Shown here one piece after another: positions 11,416 through 22,753 of a stretch of DNA of 33,242 bases. The DNA is from Octopus bimaculoides (taxonomy: Eukaryota). A program made the position numbers and the translations under genes. The notes under the pieces are model-generated. The model was not told the DNA's origin, did no database searches, and saw nothing but the letters and a program-made list of their open reading frames with translations. The stretch lies in assembly GCF_001194135.2 (NCBI RefSeq), contig NC_068983.1, positions 129,514,467 through 129,547,708 on the forward strand, read 5' to 3'. Position 1 is the stretch's first letter, and each line of letters starts with the position of its first letter.

Positions 11416-12562
11416 CCCTGACCTAATAAATGACAACATTTCTCACAATTTTGATCTTTCCTCATCAAATTTTTCGATATATCCACCCAGCGTTCTACCT
11501 TATGACATCACTCGAAAATACAAACAGAAATTATAATGAAATTGTAAATAAATACATAGTTCTATTAACATGAATATCACAGCTTATATCTGTACTCTCG
11601 AAAATATTAGATGCTTCATATCATAGAACCACACATCATTCGACACTTACCGGTCTACCCAATTGAATCGTCTAACATTCACTCTTCAGAGAGATAGGTT
11701 GCGAAAATTCCAAGTCTTTAGTTTAAGTTACCAGTTGTTGCGTGGTGTAGATCTTTACTTATAACTTAGAATTTGTAATGAGTACTAACCTGCCTAACAC
11801 ACTAATTTGATGAGGTTTTCCTTGTATCAATTCGAAATTCAGTAAAGAGGGTGAAACGAAATGAAACGAAACAAATTGAATTTCACATTCTATATTCATT
11901 AGAGAATAATTAAAAGAAAGTTAAATTACTCATGACAACGTGCGGAATTTTAGAGGCTCTACAGATACACCTATTTACTAAGTGAAATTGAAAGAGCAAG
12001 TTATAGCACATGGCAATTGTCTATAGATACATATTCTTTAAAACGACCTTGTATTTATGGCAGGGAATGGACATTTATCAGTTAGAAATGCCTTAAATAA
12101 TTATAAAATACATTTTCCATACTGAAGAGAATTAACAAAATATGAAATAAAATGAAATGATTGTTGAAAAAATATAATTTATCGAAGTGCTATACTAAAC
12201 TTGGAAACGCTATTTCATAATTATCGTTCGAAAAATGTAAAATGGAAGCACAAATAGTCAGCAACAAACGTAAACAATATTAATGAAAAGAGAGATAATA
12301 AAAACGTATCATGAAATATCACAGTTATCCATAGGCAGATATGCATCTTTCTAAATATCTTTGCAAACTGAGTGAAAAGAAAGAAAATAAACGCATATTC
12401 CGTATTTCATGTGACAGCTATAATTTACATATGCTCACTGAAGTTATAAACGCTTCTTTACTGCTTTAAAGGAATATCTATTTCAATTACGAAGATGTTT
12501 ATGAAACATAATTAAGGTTGAATGTAAATTATTAATTTCAGCACCGAAAGCATTAAGTACTA

Positions 12563-12586
12563 TTCTTTTCCTTCCTTCCTTCCTTC

Positions 12587-12657
<71 letters not shown>

Positions 12658-12752
12658 AGCTTCTTTCTATGTATGTATCCTTTTCTCTCAGTCTCTATGT
12701 CTCTCTCTCTCTGTCTCTCTCTCTCAGTATGTAAATATATACATATATATAT
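12563..12752. repeat. (TTCC)n-(TTTC)n-(CT)n-(TA)n compound microsatellite
   Basis: Visible. Confidence 0.95.
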
Positions 12753-12963
12753 CTGAGAAGTTGTTATGGGATTTGAGAGTGTACGTGAATCTCAAAACAA
12801 ATACCCTGTTTGAAATTTAGTTATAGATTTATACAAATTCCAAACCGGTTTCGGCAAACTTTGGTTATCAATGGCAAAAATAAATTCAGTTTGTAAGGAA
12901 TAAATGTTTGACTGTCGATCGTATTTGGAAGAGAATGACAGATATTTGTATGTATGAGTGTGT

Positions 12964-13075
12964 GAGTTCAAATTCCGCCGAAGTTGACTTTGCCTTTCAT
13001 CTTTTCGGGTTCTAAAAAATAAGTAACATTTGAACACAGTGGTCCATATAATCGACTATTCTCCACCTCCCCGAA
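12964..13075 (+). mobile_element. tRNA-derived SINE, 5'-truncated fragment
   Basis: gagttcaaattccgccgaagttgactttgcctttcatcttttcggg...taatcgact aligns with the B-box, central and tail portions of the copies at 25664-25882 (-) and 26900-27076 (+). Confidence 0.85.
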
Positions 13076-13254
13076 GCCGCCGTCGTGGGAAAAATTAAAA
13101 ATAATAATAATAATAATAAATAAATAATAATAATAATGACCTCTGCCGATCAAACTCCCAACCCACAAGTAAGTCTTAAGTGTATATATATATATGGGTA
13201 TCACACACACTAAATAAAAAAGATGTTAGTAAGTAAAAGTGTTTTAAAAAGATT

Positions 13255-13965
13255 GTTAAATTTTCAAATTAACACCCGTGCGATTTTCACTACAGTGTTA
13301 GGGTTGGGGTTTGTTAGGTTTAGGTAGGTAATGATGCGGGTGTTAATCTCAAGATTTACTAAAAAAAATTTCAAAAAAAACTCACAGTTTGTAGGGAATA
13401 AATGCTTGTTGATCGTATTTGAGAAAGATGTCTCGCTGGTAAATGAGGGTGTTAGAAATGGAAAGTAAACTTATAATTCCCGCCAATTAGAATGAGATCA
13501 TTGGTAACCATAGGTAGATATACATGTGTGTATTTACGTATGATTGGCAGTGTGTCTGTTTTTTTTTACTCTCACACTCCTTCTTTTCTTTGTCTTTTTT
13601 CTTGGATCATTCGTAAACGTTCATAAGAGCAAGTAGCAATTGAAACGATGTGTAAGAGGAATAGAAATAGTTGATTTTAGAGGGGCAAAGTAATGTTGTA
13701 TGTACTTTTAGTATCTGTCATTACAGTATCGAAATGTGATTTGATACTGAAATAGTTTTCTTTTTCTCCTTCCTTTATTTTTGCATTTGTTGTTGGAATT
13801 TTCGTAAAGGCTCATTAAGAGAAAGTAGGAGTTGAAAGGATTTGTATTAGAAAGAGGAAATTAGATTTTATTAGGGAGAAAATGTTTACTTGTGTAGTTT
13901 TAAGGGTTTTATTCGCTATTAGGAATTTTTTGGAGTGAATAAATGACGCAGTGACCTAACTTATT
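13255..13965. mobile_element. Possible non-autonomous repeat (Helentron/HINE-like?) with hairpin and internal ~190-bp duplication
   Basis: 11-bp inverted repeat around TTAGGG-like sequence (13268-13347); ~40-bp segment shared with 12887-12927; diverged ~191-bp period repeat (13611 vs 13802). Family assignment is inference only. Confidence 0.3.
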
Positions 13966-15675
13966 GTATTTAGAATATTAATTGCGATTGTTTAATCGAA
14001 GAAATTTGGAATTGTGTAAATGTATGAATTTCAAACATACACACACACACACATAAAATCTACCTTTTATAGTATAGATAAGAACATTAGAGACCAATTT
14101 CAACGCTTAAATTGTTACACTGTTGATAGAATGGAGAACATTTACTGAAAATGTAGACGAAACAAGACTATAATGATTTAAAAGCAAAAATAATTAAAAT
14201 CCAACGAAATAAATTCAATATAAACATTTGGCTTGCTAGAAAGAGCAAAACACCATACTAAAGTATGACTCATCCATAATCAGAATGAGATATATTGAAT
14301 GTTGGAATGTAGAAATTAAAAAGTATGAATGAATTTGATAATATGGGCTGAGCCGTACGAATGGCACATTAAAAGTATTTATTGAGATTTAAATATTTTT
14401 TGCATATTGTTTATTGATACATTTGCAAAATATAATAGATATCGAAAGTTTACATAGATAACAAGCAACTCAAACCGGCATTTATATCTTTGCAGTAATC
14501 AATTTTCCAAATGACAGTAATTTGCAGAGTGCTGTAATCTCTTTTCTGTAGTTAGATGGGCTATATTTTAAGATTGGAAAACCAACGTAGCTACAACAAA
14601 CAATTGAAATATAAATATAAAAGTGCTAAGTAGGGAAAGTAATTAAACATTAAAGAACGTTCATATCTGCAGGTATTTTAACATTGGCTTAGTCATTTCA
14701 TGGATGATAAGATGCTAAAATCAACAAAAAAGTTAATTATATAAACAAGAAATCGAATGATGAAGAGATATACCATTATCATATTTGTCTGTATAACTTT
14801 CATACAGTTGGATACTTTCAAATACATGATTACACAATCGTAATGAAAACAGTGAATGCCATTAACATTTATTTAGAAATAACAGAACGAAGAACTGCTA
14901 AAGTCTACTCAACACAAGAACAAGTAAAAGAAAAAGGTGACTGAAGTCACCTGCAGATATGTATAAAGTAGTAGCTTGCTCAAATATTTTGTTTTTCCAC
15001 ATGTCTCTGTATTGGTGAGCACATATGCCATCACTTTTTATCCTCCCAACATCGATCTGGTGGATCAAATAGGATGTAGAAGGTGATGGGAGAGCGCTTG
15101 ACTTGGAAACATATGCATCAGTATCAACCGAAGCAGCGTGAAATGAATCTCTTGGCTAAAATATGAAGTAAACCGGCTGATCCAATTATCGAACTTGAAA
15201 AATTACGATTTTGGACTCATCACTATAAATACATGACTTCATAGTAGAAGTAAATTATATGCCATTCATATACGTTTCTAAAAATGTGTTAATGAGAGAA
15301 AACAATTTGGAGTAACAAAACCTAATGTAAATTTTCAGAAAAATGTGGCCCCGAGACAAAATATATATTTTTCTTTGAGATGGCATAATTTAACTTTGGA
15401 TATTTAATGAAGAAGTTAGACTGCTAGCATCATTAAACATCTATTGAGCGCCCTCAGTCACTCATAATATTCATTACTGCTACTTCATGACTTGACAAGT
15501 AGGCTGATTTTGTTTTCTCTGCATTAAAAAAGAGAAAAAAATCCGGAGGTATCATAAGCTGCTACGCAGATGGATATTTTAAATCGTCACGTTATTTCAG
15601 CGGTTTGCTAATTATCTTCTTTTGCACTCTTCTTTCCGTTCCTCAATGTATCTTTATATACCCCATATGCTTAGA

Positions 15676-15681
15676 CACACG

Positions 15682-15716
<35 letters not shown>

Positions 15717-15795
15717 GTATATATATATGCGTATATGTATATATCTACATATATATATATATATGTATACATAAACATACATACATACATATATA
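15676..15795. repeat. (CA)n/(TA)n microsatellite
   Basis: Visible. Confidence 0.95.
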
Positions 15796-15864
15796 NNNNN
15801 NNNNNNNNNNNNNNNNNNNNNNNNNNNNNNNNNNNNNNNNNNNNNNNNNNNNNNNNNNNNNNNN
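15796..15864. other. Assembly gap (N)
   Basis: Run of 69 N. Confidence 1.
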
Positions 15865-16010
15865 GAAGAAGAAGAAGAAGAAGAAGAAGAAGAAGAAGAA
15901 GAAGAAGAAGAAGAAGAAGAAGAAGAAGAAGAAGAAGAAGGAGAAGAAGAAGAAGAAGAAGAAGAAGAAGAAGAAGAAGAAGAAGAAGAAGAAGAAGAAG
16001 AAGAAGAAGA
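15865..16010. repeat. (GAA)n microsatellite, nearly pure, continuing into the gap
   Basis: About 48 units with one interruption near 15940. Confidence 0.98.
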
Positions 16011-16267
16011 TATAACGTGAACAGCATATGGAAATTAGCATCTGCCATATTCTCTTCACAGGAATCAATCGTGACGTGCCTGAAACTTTCGAGATAGCCT
16101 ATAATATTTTGATGTTGCCCTTTGTTAATGGAATGATTGAGGAATGCACCCTCAATTGCAACAAATCTATGTCATGTAGATGAATTCTCCACCTGGCAGT
16201 TAATAAATAGATCTTTTAAATTGGATATTTTTTGATCGATACATGTGTTTCAGTCGCGCGAAGTTTT

Positions 16268-16435
16268 CCCGACGTTATGGCCAGTGTGCAAATGTTTGGT
16301 CCCCGACTGTATGGCCAGTGTGAAACTGTTTGGACCCCGACTTTATTATGGCCAGTGTGCAAATGTTTGGTCCCCGACCTTTTAGCAGTGTGCAAATGTT
16401 TGGACCCCGACTTTATTGCCAGTGTGCAAATGTTT
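16268..16435. repeat. 33-37-bp minisatellite, ~5 units
   Basis: Core cagtgtgcaaatgtttgg(t/a)ccccgac repeated head to tail. Confidence 0.95.
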
Positions 16436-17007
16436 TGAAAGAAGCTTTGCTTGTTAATTTTGGGTTTTCTACTATGTCAAAACTTGTGGTTACAGCTCTG
16501 AGTATTTTATTTGCGCTAGTGAAATATAAGCAGTTTCCTCAGAAATACATTTTTACTTCATATTAGTTACCATAAAATCCGTACAATGTATTGCGTATCT
16601 TTATCGTTCGTCAACGTTTACCATATTCTCAGTTTACGAATAACATGACTTTCCTTTTCGCATCGGAATTCTTTTGCATTTTCCTTGAACACAAAAACAA
16701 ACATGGAATATATATTCAATTTATCTACATATAGATGATCAATTGATATTTATTTTATTGAAACGGAAATACAATAGGAAGTGAGAAAATTGATTGAATG
16801 TGAACTCAGTATTTCAACAGCTTTGAATTTGTACGGTACTTATCTCTATAGAACAAGATAGAAAAGTTTAACAATATAGTGTTATATAATTAGTAATCAT
16901 TTATAAAACGTCCTCTATAAGAATACGAGAATACCTTCTATGAAATCTTTCGAAAATCAATTGAAAACACAGAATATAACTGTTTCTTAAAAACATAGTT
17001 CGTATAT

Positions 17008-17943
17008 NNNNNNNNNNNNNNNNNNNNNNNNNNNNNNNNNNNNNNNNNNNNNNNNNNNNNNNNNNNNNNNNNNNNNNNNNNNNNNNNNNNNNNNNNNNNN
17101 NNNNNNNNNNNNNNNNNNNNNNNNNNNNNNNNNNNNNNNNNNNNNNNNNNNNNNNNNNNNNNNNNNNNNNNNNNNNNNNNNNNNNNNNNNNNNNNNNNNN
17201 NNNNNNNNNNNNNNNNNNNNNNNNNNNNNNNNNNNNNNNNNNNNNNNNNNNNNNNNNNNNNNNNNNNNNNNNNNNNNNNNNNNNNNNNNNNNNNNNNNNN
17301 NNNNNNNNNNNNNNNNNNNNNNNNNNNNNNNNNNNNNNNNNNNNNNNNNNNNNNNNNNNNNNNNNNNNNNNNNNNNNNNNNNNNNNNNNNNNNNNNNNNN
17401 NNNNNNNNNNNNNNNNNNNNNNNNNNNNNNNNNNNNNNNNNNNNNNNNNNNNNNNNNNNNNNNNNNNNNNNNNNNNNNNNNNNNNNNNNNNNNNNNNNNN
17501 NNNNNNNNNNNNNNNNNNNNNNNNNNNNNNNNNNNNNNNNNNNNNNNNNNNNNNNNNNNNNNNNNNNNNNNNNNNNNNNNNNNNNNNNNNNNNNNNNNNN
17601 NNNNNNNNNNNNNNNNNNNNNNNNNNNNNNNNNNNNNNNNNNNNNNNNNNNNNNNNNNNNNNNNNNNNNNNNNNNNNNNNNNNNNNNNNNNNNNNNNNNN
17701 NNNNNNNNNNNNNNNNNNNNNNNNNNNNNNNNNNNNNNNNNNNNNNNNNNNNNNNNNNNNNNNNNNNNNNNNNNNNNNNNNNNNNNNNNNNNNNNNNNNN
17801 NNNNNNNNNNNNNNNNNNNNNNNNNNNNNNNNNNNNNNNNNNNNNNNNNNNNNNNNNNNNNNNNNNNNNNNNNNNNNNNNNNNNNNNNNNNNNNNNNNNN
17901 NNNNNNNNNNNNNNNNNNNNNNNNNNNNNNNNNNNNNNNNNNN
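17008..17943. other. Assembly gap (N)
   Basis: Run of 936 N. Confidence 1.
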
Positions 17944-18469
17944 ATATATCCCTGGACTATCGTGTACGTTCCAAAACCCCATGCGCTTGTAGGTGAAAAT
18001 CCGCGACGTTGAAATATTACTGAACTTACTTATAATTTGCAAATATTTATTTTATCATATGTGCAACACAATATCACAGAGGAATCGACATAACCTTAAA
18101 TAATAAAGCTCATTAGGTGAAGCACAATATGGTGATGGACTACTGAATACATATATCATTACTTACTTTTGGTGTTTTCTTATGATCTTGTCTGTCTTTG
18201 AAGAATACTGTATCCTTAATTTCTGAGCAAGTGTTATAAAATAGATATGTTCTATTTTTACGTGGTTTATGCAGAAAGAGTTTGGAGACAATAAATAATA
18301 ATGCAGCTGTTTTTCAAACAGGCAGACTGCGCAAACAAATTAATATTAATTACGTTTATCTTATAGGTCCTTTTCTAAGTACACAGAAAATTTCCATAAG
18401 TATATCCTCCTGTTCATGAAGTGGTTTATACTTCCTGGGAAACTTTACCATTGCAATTTTCAGTCTTGT

Positions 18470-19380
18470 GCTAGTCTTCAACATAAATCTAGCGGAATGT
18501 GATGCACCCTACATATTTTAGGGGGATATCAATATTCTTCTTTTCTACCATTTAATGAACGGATCTGGTTATTCCTAGAGCTATTGATCGGATACTTCTG
18601 AGGTAGGGAACAACAATATATCAGTTGCCCACTTGCATTTAGTCGAGGATCATTTACCTTTTTTTCTATCTTTTGCCTATGTGTTAATACTTCCTATCTC
18701 TCCAAGATATTAATACCATATTTTCTTCGAAATGCAACAAGATACATCTACCGAATTTTGATTCTGACAAACTATGTACAGGATAAAGTAAAGATGTGTA
18801 TTGACGCATTACATAATGAGCGAGCTCTTTAGCAGCTCGGACGCGATTTAGGATCTATTTCCCTGTTCGGAGCTCTACTTGAAATTACAGTCTATATTCC
18901 GTCAGGTTAGTGTACGTTGTCAGTCAGCAACTCCAGCTATCCATTAGATACTTGCAATTATTTATATACATTTCCTACATAACACGTCAATTTTTTTTCT
19001 TGTTTGTCTTTGTTGTTTCAAATATGAAACCAACGTCCTTCACAGCCTTTTAAAAGTTCAATTTCTACCTTCAAGTGTCAATCTCACTTACTTCTTCCGG
19101 CTAGATATATTGGTGAGTTTTTCCGATAAAATTTGAAAGGCTTTCTTGTTCCATCAGACTGAATATGATGCCTTTCTACACAAAATCCGCCATGGAGTTC
19201 ATTAGGAGCCCAGTTTCAAACGCCAGTCTCTTATTGGCTTATATATTACTTCTGGGACTGAAATTGCAATAGTTACGTCAGTGCAAGTCAACACTCGAAG
19301 CGCTCTGTATTCATTTCATCTTAATCACGTCCATAATTGAAAGTCACATGATCCCTACTGAAAATCCGCTTCCCTCGACC
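18470..19380 (-). mobile_element. Highly decayed RTE-clade LINE 5' region / AP-endonuclease remnant
   Basis: Across frameshifts the minus strand gives, in the expected order and roughly expected spacing: SR(G)SGFS(G)RDH-like leader (19378-19348), WNKKAFQILSEKLTNI (19153), VSE (19088), DVGFIF (19034), LGE..N (18706), NNQI (18570) and YPPKICRVHHIPL...RL (~18520-18472). Compare the RTE consensus TWNVRTL..GKL.N, SE, GVGFI, GDFN, NQIDY, YPGADCGSDH.P. Many stops; needs profile confirmation. Confidence 0.5.
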
Positions 19381-20318
19381 TTACGCGTCCAAATTTATTG
19401 ACGAATATTTCATTCGAGCCATATTAGATGCGTTTCATTTTTCATTTGGATGAATACACGATGCTGTCTATCATTCGTTCACACTGGGATCCCATCGTTA
19501 TTGAATATATATATATATATATTAATAAACATCTTATCTTCATTTTAGTTAATCTCAAACAATTGCTATTACATCGGAGTTGATACTATTGCCCTTATTA
19601 GTATTGTTGGTGATGATGCTTTATTATACATATATAACTTCGCTTTTTAACTTTCTTATTATTGCTTGCCAAATCCAAGATTATAAGTATCACAGTATAT
19701 TTTTTATAATATTGAAATAACCATTTCAAATATTTGATACAGAAAAATATATTAACAGCAACTGAATCCATAGATATAAGGATAACAGCGATAATCGTGA
19801 TAATTATAGTTATGGTAATACAAATAACTTCACTTAATCGTTTCTCTCTTGTTTTTTATACCTTTTCCTGAGTCACATCTTGTTGAGTAACCTCTTTGCC
19901 AGCCGAAAATATACATGCTTAACAAAATCATGCTGTGTTTAAGCAACATCTTCAGTTTTAGAGATACAATTTTAGAGATGCTATATAATTTTCGTTATAC
20001 AACTGGGGGATGCAAGAGGCAAGCGAAGATCTAGTCCGGTACTACATTTTATATATGCAAAGATCATATGGTTTTGCTTTTTTCTCTCTCTTTCATTATC
20101 TCCAGTGATAAAAATACGTTTGATTTTAAATTATCTTCCTACCTACATTATTTTAACTGCGATAGATCTAACAGTTCTATTTGTATTAAGGAATATATTC
20201 TCAGTTATGATCGACTGAGTCATCGTGCGTTTTGGTTGCGTCTTTATATTCAAAGATCCTGCAAATGGTGCAGCAGTTCACCATTTTCGTTCCAGGGAAT
20301 TTTTTTATGATATAGCTA

Positions 20319-21626
20319 CATGGGGCGTGGCCGCAAGGAAAACGTAGTCCGTCTTTAAAGTCTCTTAACGATTTTTTTCTCCTCTCTTGTGAAACTTTCC
20401 CATGGCAAAATAGTGAGGTATTTGATTTGTCAACAACACAGCATAGTACCGGTTGTTGGGCACCATCTGTGAGAAACACAGCACCATGACGCAAATGCTC
20501 TGTCAGAAATTTGGAAACGACATGCTGTACTACGTGGCATTCACACCGGGAGCTCCAGTACGAACATGTCAGTGTGTTCGAGCGTGAATCTTAATGCAGG
20601 GCAAAATATTTGGAAAGCGTTGGTTGATTATGAAGGTACTGCGGCTCGGAAAACTCACTCTAATCGTTTTGATAAGAAAAGGACTCTTGAATATGTCGGT
20701 GAGGTCTAGGCTACGATTGAAAATGATCCCTCCAAGTCAATCAGGTCCATCGCCGGGGAAATGGGAGCGTCTGAGTTTCTTATCAGGCAGGCAGTGCATG
20801 AAAACTTTCGATATTCCCCATAGAGGGTGAGAAAGAGGTAATTTTTATCTGAAGTAATGAAGAACACGAGGAAAGACTGTGCTACGAATATTTTGAAAAA
20901 CGCAAGCATCTCCTCCAACCAAATATGCAAGGGTTGTCCTCAGAAGAGAAACGTTTCGGCCAGGATCGGATGGTGAACACACAACAACCATTGGCTCGAA
21001 GTGTCCCCAAAACATGTGCCAAAACTGTTGAAATTCAAACATCCTGTAAACATTATGGTGCTTCGATAGATCATTAGTGTTAGGAATGTCATGCCTCCAC
21101 TCATCTTTTCACACGGCCTCAGACTAAGCCCTGAGGCCTGCATGAAGAGTCTGGATGTAGTAGTGCTGCCCTGGCTCAAGAGGGTGGCTGCTGGAAGACC
21201 GTATGTCTAGCAAAGGGAGTCTGCAACAGGACACGAAAGCAGGTTAACCCGGTTCTGGTTGTCAGACAATTTCTTCGACCACATCACTCTTAACATCAGA
21301 CCAACTAACTCGCTAGTCTGCAACCCGTTGATTATTCTGTGTGGGGTGCAGTTGAGCAAGAGACAACAACACTCCTTATAACGGCAAAGATGAACTGAAG
21401 GCAAGGATTATGGCAGCATTCACAAAATCAGACAAGGAGATTGTTCGGAAGGGTTGCAGGATATTCCGAAGTCGTGAATGAAACCGATGCCGATGTAATT
21501 AAATAAATGTACGTTTTACTGTTTCAAGTAACTTTTATGTAATTTTAGTGAATACATCTGTTAAAATGAGATGTCAGTGATATTTTTGTTGTGTAGATTA
21601 GATAACAATTTATTCACCGCAACCTG
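20319..21626 (+). mobile_element. Tc1/mariner-superfamily DNA transposon, DD37D (maT) type, near full length, inactive
   Basis: Contains a decayed transposase. The right end ...caatttattcaccgcaacctg is followed by TA (21627-21628). The left end is tentatively placed after TA at 20317-20318, with only a weak match to the right TIR; this would give ~1.3 kb, typical for the family. Confidence 0.85.
20486..21506 (+). pseudogene. DD37D/maT transposase pseudogene
   Basis: Stitched translation: MTQ..LSEIWKRHAVLRGIHTGSS...ENDPSKSIRSIAGEMGASEFLIRQAVHE (second HTH)...LSSEEKRF (FSDEKNF-like)...KHPVNIMV...VMPPLIFSHGLRL...GRPYV*QRESATGH (WQQDSAPCH-like)...RPTNSLVCNP(L)/DYSVWGAVE (WPPNSPDCNPLDYxVW-like)...ELKARI... 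About 37 residues separate the second and third catalytic positions. At least 5 frameshifts and several stops; the first two catalytic Asp are altered. Confidence 0.93.
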
Positions 21627-21650
21627 TACACATATATATATATATATATA

Positions 21651-21972
21651 NNNNNNNNNNNNNNNNNNNNNNNNNNNNNNNNNNNNNNNNNNNNNNNNNN
21701 NNNNNNNNNNNNNNNNNNNNNNNNNNNNNNNNNNNNNNNNNNNNNNNNNNNNNNNNNNNNNNNNNNNNNNNNNNNNNNNNNNNNNNNNNNNNNNNNNNNN
21801 NNNNNNNNNNNNNNNNNNNNNNNNNNNNNNNNNNNNNNNNNNNNNNNNNNNNNNNNNNNNNNNNNNNNNNNNNNNNNNNNNNNNNNNNNNNNNNNNNNNN
21901 NNNNNNNNNNNNNNNNNNNNNNNNNNNNNNNNNNNNNNNNNNNNNNNNNNNNNNNNNNNNNNNNNNNNNNNN
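21651..21972. other. Assembly gap (N)
   Basis: Run of 322 N, flanked by (TA)n and a TATG/GT-rich tract. Confidence 1.
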
Positions 21973-22180
21973 TATGTATATGTATGTGGATGTATGTATG
22001 TATGTTTGTAAGTATATGTGTGTATATGAGTATGTTTATATGTATTTGTGTGTATATTTATATATATATATGTGTGTATATGTGTAAATTTATGTATATG
22101 AGTGCATATATATATGCGTGTATACATATGTGTATATGTGTATATAACTATGTGTGTTTGTATGTATATATATTTGCATT
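21973..22180. repeat. Degenerate (TA)/(TG)/(TATG) low-complexity tract
   Basis: Visible. Confidence 0.93.
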
Positions 22181-22605
22181 TATGTGTTGTCCATCCTACT
22201 TTCTAGTAGCGTCCAAATCTCTAACGGTTTCTTCAAATGAATCACGTCATAACATTATCCAACTATAGTTATCATACTCGGTCATAATGTCTTACGTTTA
22301 AGATGATTCCCATGCATTTCCCTGAGGAGAAATTTACATTTTTAACATCGCCGATTCCTATGGATCGCATAAATTGTAATTCTTCGAAACATATGTCGGA
22401 ATAAAGTATGCAGTTATAACATGCGTTTTCTCCATTCCTTACATTTTTAAATATTCTGAAATACCCAAAATATAAAGGAGTTTCTGCCTCACCAACAGGA
22501 ATTACACCACATTTATTTTGTGATCTTTGCTACCTTGGTTTCTATTAACCCATTCATTCTATCCGAATTATTATTTATTAGGATAGAATAAATACATATA
22601 ATTAA

Positions 22606-22753
22606 TTATATATATATATATTTTTTTTTATTCATAGTATTTATACAAACACGCACACAAACACATACACTCTCACGCACACACGCACGCACACGCACAC
22701 ACACGCACACGCACGCGCGCGCGCATACACACACACACACTTATATATATATA
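22606..22753. repeat. (TA)n and (CA/CG)n microsatellites
   Basis: Visible. Confidence 0.9.

Noticed and set aside
16268-16435. CRISPR-like array (33-37-bp repeats)
   Set aside because: Units are head to tail with no unique spacers, and the context is eukaryotic with no cas genes.
20201-20494. 97-aa minus-strand ORF as a host exon
   Set aside because: It overlaps the 5' part of the maT element in antisense and has no recognisable homology.
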